Shown here piece by piece: positions 7,736 to 17,330 of a stretch of 64,000 bases of DNA (the stretch's first letter is position 1; the number at the start of each line of letters is the position of its first letter). The stretch lies in NCBI GenBank assembly GCA_034521595.1, contig JAXHMG010000003.1, positions 416,001 through 480,000 of the forward strand. Reading direction: 5' to 3'. The notes under the pieces were generated by a model. That model made no database searches, had not been told where the DNA came from, and worked only from the letters and a program-made list of their open reading frames with translations. This DNA comes from Gemmatimonadota bacterium (lineage in GTDB: Bacteria; Gemmatimonadota; Gemmatimonadetes; Longimicrobiales; Gaopeijiaceae). Both the position numbers and the translations under genes were made by a program.

Positions 7736-10708
7736 ATGAAGCTTCCCATGTCCAAGGTACGACCGATCCTTTACGGATCTTTCGCGCTCCTGGCCGTCCT
7801 TTTGGTGCCGTCGCTCGCGGCGGCGCAGACGGGGACGGTTCAGGGCCAGATCGTCGATGCCAGCACCGGCCAGCCCATCCCCTCGGCTCAGGTGACCGTG
7901 GAAGGGACCGGTGTCGGGGGTCTGTCCAACCAGCAGGGCCGGTTTCTCCTACTCAACGCTCCGGTTGGTGAGCAGACCGTCAGCGCGGTTCTGATCGGGT
8001 ACACGTCCGAGCAGAGCACGGTCACGGTCACCGCCGGCGAGACCACGACCGTCGACTTCGAGTTGAGTCCCTCCGCTCTGGAGATGGACGAGTTGGTCGT
8101 GACCGGCACGGGTCAGGCTACCGAGCGACGGAGGCTCTCCGCCGAAGTGGCCGTGGTGGACGCGGACGATATCGCCTCGTCCGGTGCGGGTAACGTCACC
8201 GAGCTTCTCCAGGGACGGGTCGCCGGCGCTCAGATCAACGCGGTCTCCGCGGCGCCCGGTACCGCCGGGCTGATGAGCTTTCGCGGACCGTCCAGCGCGA
8301 TCGCCGACCAGACGCCGGTCATCTATATCGACGGCGTCCGCGTCGACAACGCCCGCGGTGTGAGCGGTAGCTTCGGGGGTGAACAAACCTCCGCGCTGGC
8401 GGACCTCGCGGTGACCGACATCGAACGGATCGAGGTGACCAAGGGTGGTGCCGCGAGCACGCTCTACGGGGCGGACGCGGCGAGCGGCGTGATCCAGATC
8501 TTCACGAAGCGCGGCCGTCCCGGGGAAGCGAGCTTCACCGCCAGGGTAGAGCAGGGGGTCGACATGCCGGAGACGAAGTTCGTCACCGACATGGACTTCG
8601 CCTGTCCCGAACGACTCGGGGATTGTGAGACCGCCCGGGCGCACCCGAGCTGGGATCCCGACTTCGTCAAGAACAGCATCCTGCAGAGCAGCCACTACCA
8701 GAGCTACTACCTCGGTGCCGTGGGTGGGACCGATCGGGTTGGCTACAACATCAGCGGCCGCGTCCGGGACGGAGACGGCACGCAGGTGAAGACGGGGTCG
8801 ACGATGTACAACCTCACATCGAGCCTCCAGGCGACCCTGACGGACGACCTGACCGCGGAGTTCAGCGGGACGTACCTGCGTCACAACTTCACGCGGGTCC
8901 CGAACGGGACGACGACCAATGGCGCGCTCACCAACGCCATGGTCGGTGACTTCCTCTTCTTCGCCAGGCAGGAGAACCTCGCCGATGCGCTGGCCGTCTA
9001 TCACGCCCAGGACATCACCGAATCGGTCGATCGTTCCACCTTCAGCACGACGCTCAGCTACGATCCGTCGACGCTCCTGGATCTTCGGGCCACCGTCGGC
9101 ATCGACAAGCGCGTGAGCGAGCAGCGGCACAACGAGCAGCTCGAGATGGTGGCCACGGACCGCCAGGGACGGATCCAGACGAACGCCCGTGACTTCACCG
9201 GTCTGACGATGGATTTTCGGGGCACGCTCACCTACGACGCGCCCATGTTCACCAACACCTCGACCTCGTTCGGCTTCCAGGCGTTTCGGGAGCAGGCGAA
9301 GACCACGAGCGTGACCGGTGACGAGCTCGCTCTTCCGGGTGTGACGGAGTTCGACGCGGCCGCGCTCATCACGGCCAACGAAGGCTTCAACGAGGTCTAC
9401 AACGGCGGGCTCTTCCTGCTCCAGCAGGCCGGCATCGCCGACCAGCTCTTCCTCGAAGCCGGTGTGCGCTTCGACGGTAACACCGCATTCGGCTCCAACG
9501 TGTCGTACCAGGCGTACCCCAAGGTGGGCGCGTCCTTCGACCTCGCGACGGCGGGCCTGATGTCCGACCAGTTCCAGACCCTTCGTCTGCGGGCGAACTA
9601 CGGCGTGACCGGGAAGTTCCCGCCGCCGTTCCGCCGCGACCGGACGTTCAGCGCCGAGCCGTTCGCGGGGGAGAGCGCTCCCCGATTCGACAATCCGGGT
9701 AACGCGAACCTCGAGCCGGAGCGCGTGACCACGGTCGAGGCCGGGTTGGACGCGTCGTTCTGGGATAATCGCGTGGGCCTGGGCGTCACGGCGTATCAGG
9801 CCGTCACGACCGAAGCGATCTTCAACGTCAACGAGCAGCCGTCCACGGGTCAGGGCTCGCAGCTCCGGAACATCGGAGAGATCGAGAACCGGGGCCTCGA
9901 GGTGAGCGCCAACGTCGACATTATCCGAAATGCGAGCGCCACGTGGGCGATGAACGTCAACTGGAGCACGCTGCGCAACGAAGTGAAGGACCTGGGGGGG
10001 CTGCCCCCGTTCGAGTTGGGCACGCTGGGCGGACGCCGCGAGTTCGGGCGGATCGAGGAAGGACTCCCGATCGGCGTGCGGTACATGTCGCAGCCGGTGG
10101 ATACCAACGGTGACGGCTTGCCGGACAGTGCGGAGCGCGGGATCGTGCGCCATCCGGAGACGGGTGAGCACATGACGCCCTTCCCCACCAGCAATGGAAG
10201 CGTGGGGTCGAGCCTGTCCCTGCCGCAGATGGGCGTGAGCATCCGGGCCCAGGCGCAGTGGTCCCGCGGATCGACGGTCCAGGACTACGCGGCCGCGTGG
10301 TCGACGTTCAATTCGCTTCCGCGGATCGAGTTCCCGACGCGGTACGACTTGGACGGAAACGAAGTCGGTCAGTACTCCTACTCGCAGGCGTTCAACTATC
10401 TCCTCGTGAACGGCGACTTCTTCAAGCTGCGGGAGATCACCCTGAGCTACCAGCTTCCCGAGGTCTTTGCGACCAGCCTCGGTGGCACCAGCGCGCAGCT
10501 CAACTTCGGCGCCCGCAACCTGTGGACGTGGGTCCCGACGCCCCAGAGCATCTTCGCTCCGGAGGCGTCGCGTGAATACCTGCTCGATCCGGAGTTGGCC
10601 GGGTACTCGGAGCCGAACGGCGAGAGCAGCCTTCAGCTCGGTGGCTCCCAGAGCGTGGTGTTGCCTCCGCCGCATCAGTTCCGATTCGGATTCCAGATCA
10701 CGTTCTGA
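7736..10708 (+). CDS. SusC/RagA-like TonB-dependent outer membrane receptor
   Basis: GAGG SD, signal peptide, carboxypeptidase-regulatory-like N-domain, ELVVTG, plug IERIEVTKGGAASTLYGADAASGVIQIFTK, GNANLEPE, and terminal Phe. Confidence 0.92.
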   Translation: MKLPMSKVRPILYGSFALLAVLLVPSLAAAQTGTVQGQIVDASTGQPIPSAQVTVEGTGVGGLSNQQGRFLLLNAPVGEQTVSAVLIGYTSEQSTVTVTAGETTTVDFELSPSALEMDELVVTGTGQATERRRLSAEVAVVDADDIASSGAGNVTELLQGRVAGAQINAVSAAPGTAGLMSFRGPSSAIADQTPVIYIDGVRVDNARGVSGSFGGEQTSALADLAVTDIERIEVTKGGAASTLYGADAASGVIQIFTKRGRPGEASFTARVEQGVDMPETKFVTDMDFACPERLGDCETARAHPSWDPDFVKNSILQSSHYQSYYLGAVGGTDRVGYNISGRVRDGDGTQVKTGSTMYNLTSSLQATLTDDLTAEFSGTYLRHNFTRVPNGTTTNGALTNAMVGDFLFFARQENLADALAVYHAQDITESVDRSTFSTTLSYDPSTLLDLRATVGIDKRVSEQRHNEQLEMVATDRQGRIQTNARDFTGLTMDFRGTLTYDAPMFTNTSTSFGFQAFREQAKTTSVTGDELALPGVTEFDAAALITANEGFNEVYNGGLFLLQQAGIADQLFLEAGVRFDGNTAFGSNVSYQAYPKVGASFDLATAGLMSDQFQTLRLRANYGVTGKFPPPFRRDRTFSAEPFAGESAPRFDNPGNANLEPERVTTVEAGLDASFWDNRVGLGVTAYQAVTTEAIFNVNEQPSTGQGSQLRNIGEIENRGLEVSANVDIIRNASATWAMNVNWSTLRNEVKDLGGLPPFELGTLGGRREFGRIEEGLPIGVRYMSQPVDTNGDGLPDSAERGIVRHPETGEHMTPFPTSNGSVGSSLSLPQMGVSIRAQAQWSRGSTVQDYAAAWSTFNSLPRIEFPTRYDLDGNEVGQYSYSQAFNYLLVNGDFFKLREITLSYQLPEVFATSLGGTSAQLNFGARNLWTWVPTPQSIFAPEASREYLLDPELAGYSEPNGESSLQLGGSQSVVLPPPHQFRFGFQITF

Positions 10709-10740
10709 GCGGCACCCCAGACCAGAAACGAGGAAGATTC

Positions 10741-12192
10741 ATGCGTTCATATCGCTTCAAGAGACTGGGACGGACCGCGCTCGCCGCGGCCGCCACGGTT
10801 CTGCTCGTGTCCGGGTGCGACTTCCTGGACCCGACCAACGTGACGAACCCGAACACCACCACCGAGGACCTGGCCGCCGCGGCCGAGCCCACCACGGCGC
10901 TCTTGCCGGGGTTGCGGGCGCAGACGGCGCGCGCGGTGCGGGCCGTCGTCCAGACGAGCGCCCTGTTGAGCGACGATTTCGAGATCGCGTTCACCAATGT
11001 GGGTCCCGAGCTGTCCGACCCCTACCAGCTCTCTCCGGACGGTGCTTCGTACAACACGACGGGGGGCATCGGCGCCTACTGGAACACGCAGGAGCTACGG
11101 GCGTTGGCCGACTTCGTGATCGATTCGATCGCGCCCGAAGACGAGGGGGCTACCGACGAGCAGCTCGCCGAGGCCCGCTACTACCGTGGGATGGCATACC
11201 TTCTCCAGGGAGAGAACTTCATCGCCGTTCCGACGGGACCCGACCAGGAGCCGACGGCGTGGGATGGCCTTCTGACGCGCGCGGCGAGCGACTTTTCGGC
11301 GGCTCGGGGTCTGACGGCGGAGGCCGAGCGTGAGGTGGCCCTCCTGGCCGCGCTGGCTCGCACGCATCGTGCGCTCGGAAACGTCGGTGATGCGCGCGGC
11401 TTCGCTGAGGACGCGCTCGCGGCGGACCCCGAGTTCGTGACGCTGCAGAACTACAGCGCCGGCGAGCTCGAGAACCCGTTCTCGACGGAAACAAGAACGT
11501 TTCAGCCGCTTCCCCGGTTGGATTTCCTGGATCCGAAGTACACGAGCAGAGGGGAGTCCATCCCGGTCGCCAAGGCCGAAGAGATGCACCTCATCCTGGC
11601 CGAGGCCGACATGGCCGACGGGAGCTACGGCGATGCAGCCGAGCGCATCGCCGACGCCGTGCGGCTTGCGGGGGACCGTCCCACGGAGGAATTCAACGAC
11701 CCGGACGAGCGCCTCAATCCCAACCTGACTGACCGTCCGAGCAGCTCGGACATGCTGGTGGCGGCCGAAGACGGTGCACCGTTGCGGGCCGGGTTGGTGC
11801 TCGACCGTCCGGGGACGGTGACCATGCCGATCATCAGCGGGACCTCGCTGGACGCGGACAGCGTCGAAGCGCTCACGGATCCGCAGGAGATCCGGCACGC
11901 GTTCTGGCTTGCCCGGCAGGAAATCCTCTTCCTCGAGGGCCGCCGCGTGCACGACTTGGGCGTGCGGATGCCCGTCAGCCAGAGGGAGATCAATACCAAC
12001 GGAACGGTCTCGGACGGCGATGACGTGGCAGTCGTGGACGTGCCGGACTACATCCCCCCGGATATCATGGACGACTTCTCGCCACGAGATCCGTACGAGG
12101 CGGGGTCGAACGAGATCACCATCGCGATCGACATGAACCGGGTGTTGGCCGAGGAGCTGGTATCGCCACTCGGTCCGTTGCCGAGCGGTTGA
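10741..12192 (+). CDS. SusD/RagB-like lipoprotein
   Basis: Lipobox LLVSGC; EARYYRGMAY, EMHLILAEA and LFLEGRRVHD; lies directly after the SusC-like gene. Confidence 0.8.
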   Translation: MRSYRFKRLGRTALAAAATVLLVSGCDFLDPTNVTNPNTTTEDLAAAAEPTTALLPGLRAQTARAVRAVVQTSALLSDDFEIAFTNVGPELSDPYQLSPDGASYNTTGGIGAYWNTQELRALADFVIDSIAPEDEGATDEQLAEARYYRGMAYLLQGENFIAVPTGPDQEPTAWDGLLTRAASDFSAARGLTAEAEREVALLAALARTHRALGNVGDARGFAEDALAADPEFVTLQNYSAGELENPFSTETRTFQPLPRLDFLDPKYTSRGESIPVAKAEEMHLILAEADMADGSYGDAAERIADAVRLAGDRPTEEFNDPDERLNPNLTDRPSSSDMLVAAEDGAPLRAGLVLDRPGTVTMPIISGTSLDADSVEALTDPQEIRHAFWLARQEILFLEGRRVHDLGVRMPVSQREINTNGTVSDGDDVAVVDVPDYIPPDIMDDFSPRDPYEAGSNEITIAIDMNRVLAEELVSPLGPLPSG

Positions 12193-12219
12193 TGAGAGCC
12201 GTGATCCGGTAGGGGACAT

Positions 12220-12259
12220 GGAGGGCGCTCGGCCGCGCGGGTTCGGTCGAGCGCCCTTC
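12220..12259 (+). terminator. Stem-loop after the susD-like gene
   Basis: 14-bp stem AGGGCGCTCGGCCG / CGGTCGAGCGCCCT with one G-U pair; weak U-tract. Confidence 0.5.
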
Positions 12260-12301
12260 GTCCGTACCCCCTTGACTTTGATTGACTGATCGGAGCATAA
12301 C

Positions 12302-13210
12302 ATGCGCAGGATCGTACTCGGTGTCCCCGGAGCTTTGTTGGCCGTGTCCGTGCTGGCGGGCTCCGTAGAGGCGCAACAACCGCCGAGCTCGGAGCAGCTC
12401 GACGAGCGAGAGCGGCGGTATCAGGAAGAGATGGCCATGCCGAGGCCCATCGAAGCCGTGAGCTCCGTATGGATCGACGAGCTGACGTGGCTCGAGGTGC
12501 GAGACCGCATTCGGGAAGGATATACGACGGCGATCGTCCCAACGGGAGGCATCGAGCAAAACGGCCCGTACCTCACGACGGGAAAGCACAACGTCATTCT
12601 CGAGGCACTCTGCCCGGCGATCGCCGAGAAGCTGGGGAACGCGCTGTGCGCACCCGTCGTGCCGTTCGTGCCGGAAGGAGACATCGATCCACCGACGGGC
12701 GCGATGCGGTACCCGGGAACGATCACGGTCAGGGACGCCACGTACGAGGCGCTCCTCGAAGACATCGGGGCCAGCCTCGGGGCGCACGGGTTCACCGACG
12801 TCGTGTATATCGGCGACAGCGGGGGGAACCAGACCGGAATGGCCAACGTCGCGGAGCGGTTGACCGAGCGGTGGAAAGGCTCGGGCCGGCGTGCGCACTT
12901 CGTTCGTGAGTTCTACTCACCCGGGTGGGAGGAGACCGAACGCTATACGGAGGAAGTCCTGGGGATCGCCGAAGGCGAGCACGACGGGTATCACGACGAC
13001 ATCTGGGTCACGGCATTCATGGCCGTCGTGGATCCCGAAACCATTCGTTGGGATCAACGCGTCGACGCCGGGCTAGCGTCTATCAACGGCGTGAGCCTCG
13101 TGCCTCTTCAACGCACGATCGACCTCGGCGAGCGGATCGTGGAGTTTCGTGCCGAGTACACCGTAAAAGCCATCCGAGAGGCTATTCAGCAGGGGGTTGA
13201 GGGACGCTGA
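12302..13210 (+). CDS. Secreted creatininase-family amidohydrolase
   Basis: Signal peptide; ELTWLEVRD, IVPTGGIEQNGPY and GDSGGNQ. Confidence 0.85.
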   Translation: MRRIVLGVPGALLAVSVLAGSVEAQQPPSSEQLDERERRYQEEMAMPRPIEAVSSVWIDELTWLEVRDRIREGYTTAIVPTGGIEQNGPYLTTGKHNVILEALCPAIAEKLGNALCAPVVPFVPEGDIDPPTGAMRYPGTITVRDATYEALLEDIGASLGAHGFTDVVYIGDSGGNQTGMANVAERLTERWKGSGRRAHFVREFYSPGWEETERYTEEVLGIAEGEHDGYHDDIWVTAFMAVVDPETIRWDQRVDAGLASINGVSLVPLQRTIDLGERIVEFRAEYTVKAIREAIQQGVEGR

Positions 13211-13432
13211 GCGTGGCGGAACCTCAACAGATGAGCCCGCTTGCGGGTCTTTAAGGGTGACGACGTTCGCGTGGCTGGCTCCTCGAGATCCGCCTTTCGC
13301 CCGCGTCGTGAAACCCGCTAACGTACGAGCGGTGGCGCCTAGGTCGGCCTCACCGGTGTTATAGAACGAAACGAGTCGAATCCAGTCAGTGAACGGTCCC
13401 GGTGACGAGCCAGGGGCCTCAGGGAGCACTTC

Positions 13433-15901
13433 ATGAAATCGATCCTCGCGACCGCCGTAGCCGGGAGCGCGCTCTTCTTCGCGATCCAAGGCTCCGACCT
13501 TTCCGTCGAGGACGGGTCGAACCAGCCGGAAGTGGCGGCCGAGCGGACTGAGGGCGCGGCAGAGAGAGAAGATGCGCACCTCGCGTCCGCGGCCGAGGTG
13601 GAGGAGCTCGACGAGGTCGTCGATCAGTACTGCGTTCGTTGCCACAGCGAGCGGCGCCTGACGGGGAACCTTTCCCTCGAGGAGTTCGCCGTGGGGTCCG
13701 CCGTCGAGCAGGCCGAAGTGGCGGAGCGGGTGATTCGGAAGCTGCGCGCGGACATGATGCCACCACCCGGAGCGAACCGTCCCGCGGGAGATACGCTCGT
13801 CACGCTGGTCGAGACGCTCGAGCAGACGATCGACGAAGCCGCGGCGCGCGAGCCGCGCCCCGGAAAACGGCCGTTCCAGCGGCTGAACCGGGCGGAGTAT
13901 GAGCAGGCGGTCGAGAACCTGTTCGGAATCGAGATCGATGCCGGGCAGTGGCTGCCGTCGGACCAGATCAGCGAGAGCTTCGACAACATCGCGGACGTCC
14001 AGACGTTCTCCCCGACGCTCATGGATTCCTACCTGAACGCGGCGAGTGAAGTCGCCCGACAGGTGATCGGGAATCCCAACGCGACCCCGGTGGAGACGAC
14101 GTACCAGAACGAGCCGTACCGCTCCCAGCACGAATGGGATCGCGTGGAGGGAGCACCTTACGGGACGCGTGGCGGGATCAGCGCGATGCACTCCTTCCCC
14201 GCGGACGGGAAGTACGTGATCACGCTCGGCTTCATCTCCGGCTGGGGTGAGCGCTTCGATGACATCGACATCTCCGTGGACGGAGAGCGCGTCGCGCTCC
14301 TCCGGTATCAGGGGGCCAGCACGCGGCTGATCGATTTCCAGGGTCGGCTCGCGTATCCCGTGCAGACGGATTCGATCGAGTTGGAGGCGGGGCAGCACCG
14401 GCTCACGGCTGCGTTCATCCGGAAGATGGACGGTCCGTACGAAGACCTGATTCGTCCGAACGACTGGTCGCTGACAGGCACCGAGGCGAGCTACGGCACG
14501 ACCTCGTTGCCGCACATCATGCAAATGACGGTGGAAGGCCCGTTTGATCCGACCGGCGTGTCGGAAACGGATGCGAGGCAGCGCGTCTTCACGTGCCGGC
14601 CGACTTCTCCAGAGGATGGGCGTCCGTGCGCCGAGCGCATCGTGACGCGCCTGGCGACCGAGGCGTATCGGCGTCCGCTCGAAGAGCGAGACATCGAAGG
14701 TCTGATGACCTTCTACGACGAAGGTGCCGAAGAGGGCGGATTCGAGCATGGCGTGCGCTCCGCCATCGAAGCGATTCTGGCGAGCCCCCACTTCCTGTTC
14801 CGCTTCGAGCGTACGCCCACGGACGTCGGGTCGGGCGAAGTATTCGCGATCGACGATCTCGATCTCGCGTCGCGGCTCTCATATTTCCTGTGGGGCACCG
14901 GACCGGATGAGCGCTTGCGGGAGATCGCGAGGCGGGGTGAGTTGAACGACCCCGAAACGCTCGAGCGGGAAGCGCTCCGCATGTTGGAGGACCCACGCGC
15001 GAAGGCATTGGCGACGCGGTTCGCATCGCTCTGGCTCCGACTCCAGGACCTGGACAAGGTCCGCCCGGACGCGTTCTGGTTCCCGAACTATAGTGAGCAA
15101 GTTCGGGATGACATGCGCCGTGAGACCGAGTTGTTCTTCGAGAATCTGGTTCGGGAGGATCGTAGCCTCATCGAGTTGCTCGATGCCGACTATACGTTCC
15201 TCAACGAGCGCCTGGCCCAACATTACGGCATTTCGGGGGTCGTCGGTGACGACTTCCGCCGGGTGGAGTACCCGAACGAACGGCGTCAGGGCGTGCTCGG
15301 ACACGGTAGCGTTTTGGTGCAGACGTCCTACGGAAACCGGACCTCTCCGGTGCTGAGGGGTAAATGGGTGATGGAGGTCCTCTTGGGGACACCGCCGCCG
15401 CCGCCACCGCCAAACGTGCCGCCATTGGACGAATCGACGGGTGAAGATGCGCCGGAGGGACAGGTCACGACGGCTGAGCGGCTGAGGATACACAGGGCCA
15501 ACCCGACGTGTAACTCCTGCCATCAGTTGATCGATCCGATCGGAATGGCGCTCGACAACTTCGACGTGACCGGTCAGTGGCGCATCCGAGAGGACGGGAT
15601 TCCGCTGGACACCGAGGGAGAGTTCTACGACGGAACTGAGATCTCGTCGCCCAAGACGTTGGTCGAGGTTCTGAAGAAGCGCCCGATCCCGTTCGTGCGG
15701 CACTTCACCCAGAATCTCATGACCTATGCGCTGGGTCGGCGGATCGACTATCGAGATCAGCCGACCGTGCGCCAGATCGCCGGGGAAGCGGCGGAGAACG
15801 ATTACCGGATGTCCTCGTTCATTCTCGGTGTGGTCAAGAGTGACCAGTTCCGCCTGAAGCGAGCGACATCCACGCAAGCGGATGAAGCGGACAACGACTG
15901 A
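13433..15901 (+). CDS. DUF1592/1588/1587/1595/1585 multidomain protein with two c-type heme motifs
   Basis: Signal peptide; CVRCH, RLNRAEY, SPHFLFRFE, LASRLSYFLW, TSPVLRGKWV, HRANPTCNSCH and YALGR. Confidence 0.88.
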   Translation: MKSILATAVAGSALFFAIQGSDLSVEDGSNQPEVAAERTEGAAEREDAHLASAAEVEELDEVVDQYCVRCHSERRLTGNLSLEEFAVGSAVEQAEVAERVIRKLRADMMPPPGANRPAGDTLVTLVETLEQTIDEAAAREPRPGKRPFQRLNRAEYEQAVENLFGIEIDAGQWLPSDQISESFDNIADVQTFSPTLMDSYLNAASEVARQVIGNPNATPVETTYQNEPYRSQHEWDRVEGAPYGTRGGISAMHSFPADGKYVITLGFISGWGERFDDIDISVDGERVALLRYQGASTRLIDFQGRLAYPVQTDSIELEAGQHRLTAAFIRKMDGPYEDLIRPNDWSLTGTEASYGTTSLPHIMQMTVEGPFDPTGVSETDARQRVFTCRPTSPEDGRPCAERIVTRLATEAYRRPLEERDIEGLMTFYDEGAEEGGFEHGVRSAIEAILASPHFLFRFERTPTDVGSGEVFAIDDLDLASRLSYFLWGTGPDERLREIARRGELNDPETLEREALRMLEDPRAKALATRFASLWLRLQDLDKVRPDAFWFPNYSEQVRDDMRRETELFFENLVREDRSLIELLDADYTFLNERLAQHYGISGVVGDDFRRVEYPNERRQGVLGHGSVLVQTSYGNRTSPVLRGKWVMEVLLGTPPPPPPPNVPPLDESTGEDAPEGQVTTAERLRIHRANPTCNSCHQLIDPIGMALDNFDVTGQWRIREDGIPLDTEGEFYDGTEISSPKTLVEVLKKRPIPFVRHFTQNLMTYALGRRIDYRDQPTVRQIAGEAAENDYRMSSFILGVVKSDQFRLKRATSTQADEADND

Positions 15902-15929
15902 GGCCCCCAAGGCCAGGAGACATACGAAG

Positions 15930-17306
15930 ATGCATTTCATCACGGGTAAACACCTTCCGCGCCGTACCTTCCTGCAGGGTATGGGAGCCATGGTCGGCCT
16001 TCCCATGCTCGATGCCATGGTTCCGGCGGGGCGACGGAGCGGAGTCGAAGAGACCCCGACGCGCTTCGTTGCCATCGAGGAGGTCCATGGCGTCGCGGGG
16101 AGCAACCAGTGGGGAGCAAGTCAGCACCTGTTCGCGCCGGAGACGGTCGGCCGTGGCTTCGAGTTGAAGCCGGAGAACGTCCTCAGCCCGCTCGCGGAGT
16201 ACCAGGACTATCTCACGATCGTGAGCAACACGGACGTGCGCATGGCGGAGGCCTTCGCGCCCGCCGAGATCGGGGGTGACCACTTCCGGTCGAGCGCCGT
16301 GTTCCTGACCCAGTCGCACCCCAAGCAAACCCAGGGGTCCGACCTGCACGTGGGCGTTTCGCTCGACCAGATCCACGCGAGGACGTTCGGGAAGGACAAC
16401 GTGCTCCCCTCCCTTCAGCTCTGCATCGAGCCGACGGATAAGGGCGGCGGGTGCGACTACAACTACTCGTGCTCGTACACGGACTCCATCAGCTGGGCTT
16501 CACCGGACACCCCGCTGCCGCAGATCCGGAACCCGCGAAGCGTGTTCGATACACTCTTCGGGGCCGGTGGTAGCGAGGCCGAGCGTGCGGCCCGTCGTCG
16601 GTCGCACAGCAGCATCCTGGACTGGGTTCAGGGTGAGGTCGCGCACGTCAAGCGTGAGCTGGGCGCGACCGACAGGGAGCGGGTCGACCGTTACCTGGAC
16701 AGCGTTCGCGAGATCGAGCGGCGCATTCAGCTCGTGGAGGAGCAGAACGCGAGCGGCGAGGAGCGCGAGCTCCCCGAAGCCCCTGCGGGCGTGCCCGACT
16801 CCTTCAGCGAGCACATGGAGCTCATGTTCGACCTCCAGGTGCTGGCGTTCGAATCGGATACCACGCGGGTCGTCTCGTTCAAGACCGGGCGGGACGCATC
16901 GAACCGGACGTTCCCGGAAAGTGGCTCCGACAGCGGCTTCCATCCGGCTTCCCACCACGGGGACCGTGAGGAGCGGATCCTGGAGTTCAACAAGATCTCG
17001 CAGTATCGCGTGAGCATGCTGGGGCACTTCCTCGAGCGCCTGAAGAACACCCAGGTCGGCGATTCGAGCCTGCTCGATCAGACGGTCGTGATGTGGGGCT
17101 CGCCCATGGGAGACGCCAACCTGCACAATCACCGGCGTTGCCCGCTCGTCTTGCTCGGGAAGGGCAACGGTGCGCTGGAGGGAGGCATTCACTACAAGGC
17201 TCCCGACGGCACGCCCATGGCCAACGTGTTCGTGAGCCTCATGCAGAAGCTCGGCCATACGAATATGCGGAGCTTCGGCGACAGTACCGGCGAATTCATT
17301 CTTTAG
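15930..17306 (+). CDS. DUF1552 (HXXSHH) family protein with a twin-arginine-like N-terminus
   Basis: AGGAG SD; LPRRTFLQGMG...LPMLDAM, SISW, FHPASHH and NLHNH. Confidence 0.88.
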   Translation: MHFITGKHLPRRTFLQGMGAMVGLPMLDAMVPAGRRSGVEETPTRFVAIEEVHGVAGSNQWGASQHLFAPETVGRGFELKPENVLSPLAEYQDYLTIVSNTDVRMAEAFAPAEIGGDHFRSSAVFLTQSHPKQTQGSDLHVGVSLDQIHARTFGKDNVLPSLQLCIEPTDKGGGCDYNYSCSYTDSISWASPDTPLPQIRNPRSVFDTLFGAGGSEAERAARRRSHSSILDWVQGEVAHVKRELGATDRERVDRYLDSVREIERRIQLVEEQNASGEERELPEAPAGVPDSFSEHMELMFDLQVLAFESDTTRVVSFKTGRDASNRTFPESGSDSGFHPASHHGDREERILEFNKISQYRVSMLGHFLERLKNTQVGDSSLLDQTVVMWGSPMGDANLHNHRRCPLVLLGKGNGALEGGIHYKAPDGTPMANVFVSLMQKLGHTNMRSFGDSTGEFIL

Positions 17307-17330
17307 CGTTCCATCACTTCGGGATCATTC

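Noticed and set aside
7949..10675. 908-aa antisense ORF, and similar long shadow ORFs (13073-14791, 42772-44937)
   Set aside because: They mirror real genes and have Arg/Gly/Val-rich composition with no domain motifs.
13215..13270. Hammerhead-like ribozyme (CAGATGAG plus hairpin)
   Set aside because: The core is CAGATGA rather than CTGATGA, and no GAAA follows stem II.
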